DNA of 64,000 nucleotides from Auanema rhodensis (taxonomy: Eukaryota > Animalia > Nematoda). Below, piece after piece: positions 63,098 through 64,000 of this stretch. The notes beneath the pieces are model-generated. The model saw only the letters and a program-made list of their open reading frames with translations, did no database searches and was not told the DNA's origin. A program made the translations under genes and the position numbers. Where the stretch lies: positions 8,308,001 through 8,372,000 of the forward strand of contig OZ059897.1 of assembly GCA_964057225.1 (NCBI GenBank), written 5' to 3'. Every line of letters begins with the position of its first letter. The stretch's first letter is position 1.

Positions 63098-64000
63098 TTT
63101 GTGCCAAAAAGAGTATCAAAACGAAGAGCTAGAACTTGAATGAATGCCTTTTATTTTCTTGAAAATCTGAAAAAATAAATAAAAATGAAAAATACTTTGT
63201 GGAATAAAGAAAAACGATAATTTTCTATAAAAATTATAGAAAATAGTATTCCTTAATTCAGATTACAGATGATAAAATGTGTTGCAAAAAGGTGGAAAAG
63301 TGATGCTATTCTGAGATGAGGGATCAATCAAAACGTCACAAATTAAAAATCAGAGAATGTGTTGAGATCATTTCTATCAATATATCATGCTCGTTTGATA
63401 TATTGGCTCTAGCTTTTCACAACAAAACTTGAAATTGTTCAACGAAAATCATTTGAATAGAAAGTTGAAAGTGAAAATCATTTGCTTACAAGATCTTAAA
63501 GATAATTAAAAAATGTGAATGTGAGCAACATATGGATGAATCAATCTTCTAACTCAGTTTTTTCTTTTTTTTTCGATGCTGGGGGATATGTTTCAAATGT
63601 TCTCTTACTGATGATATATAGAAACATTGGTAAAATACGTTGAAATCTCCAAGTGAAATGAAAAAAAACTTGTTCAGTTTAACGTGTGAAGTCAAGAAAA
63701 TTAACGGAAAATCTAAGAAAAAAATGAAAAAAGCTGAATGAAAATCAGACTTATTGTAATGCGATGAAAAAGTTATTGAGAAAGAGAAAATAAAAAATAA
63801 CTGCGTTGTGTTGATGAAGCCGCTAAGTACCCTAGATTGACCCAAAACACAGGACAGACACTGAACGATGTCCATCTCATCGTTTTCTGGACTCAAAGAC
63901 CAGACGGACCAGAAGGACTTCAGAGAAGAAGGTCCTGAAGATGGAACAGACGAAGGGAGGAGAAAACACTGCTGGCGACAGCAGCCGGACCACGAGAGAA

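Overview
AT-rich nematode genomic DNA, judged from very short 40-60 nt introns, TTTCAG/TTTAG acceptors, probable trans-splice sites just before ATGs, and many (CT)n/(GA)n microsatellites. Splicing by hand gives eight multi-exon protein genes: a ground-like (grl) gene (+), ARMC9 (+), a white-type ABCG half transporter (-), GRP170/HYOU1 (-), GSKIP (-), ZCCHC9 (+), vab-19/KANK (+), and a secreted protein with a Selenoprotein-P-like N-terminal CxxC domain, poly-Q and a Cys-rich tail (-). Two microRNA hairpins are missed by the ORF track. One is a lin-4/miR-125-family miRNA (UCCCUGAGACCUCAAAUACGA, 15477-15497) lying sense in a large ARMC9 intron, with a GC-rich island upstream. The other is mir-72 (miR-31 family, 57096-57118), between vab-19 and the SelP-like gene. 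Other observations are an RFX/DAF-19 X-box upstream of ARMC9, candidate frame-preserving cassette exons in GRP170 and vab-19, a probable GSKIP-GRP170 operon, a GC-AG intron and frequent AAG acceptors. Homology calls come from motif recognition, not database searches. Most short ORFs in the supplied track are microsatellite or low-complexity artefacts.
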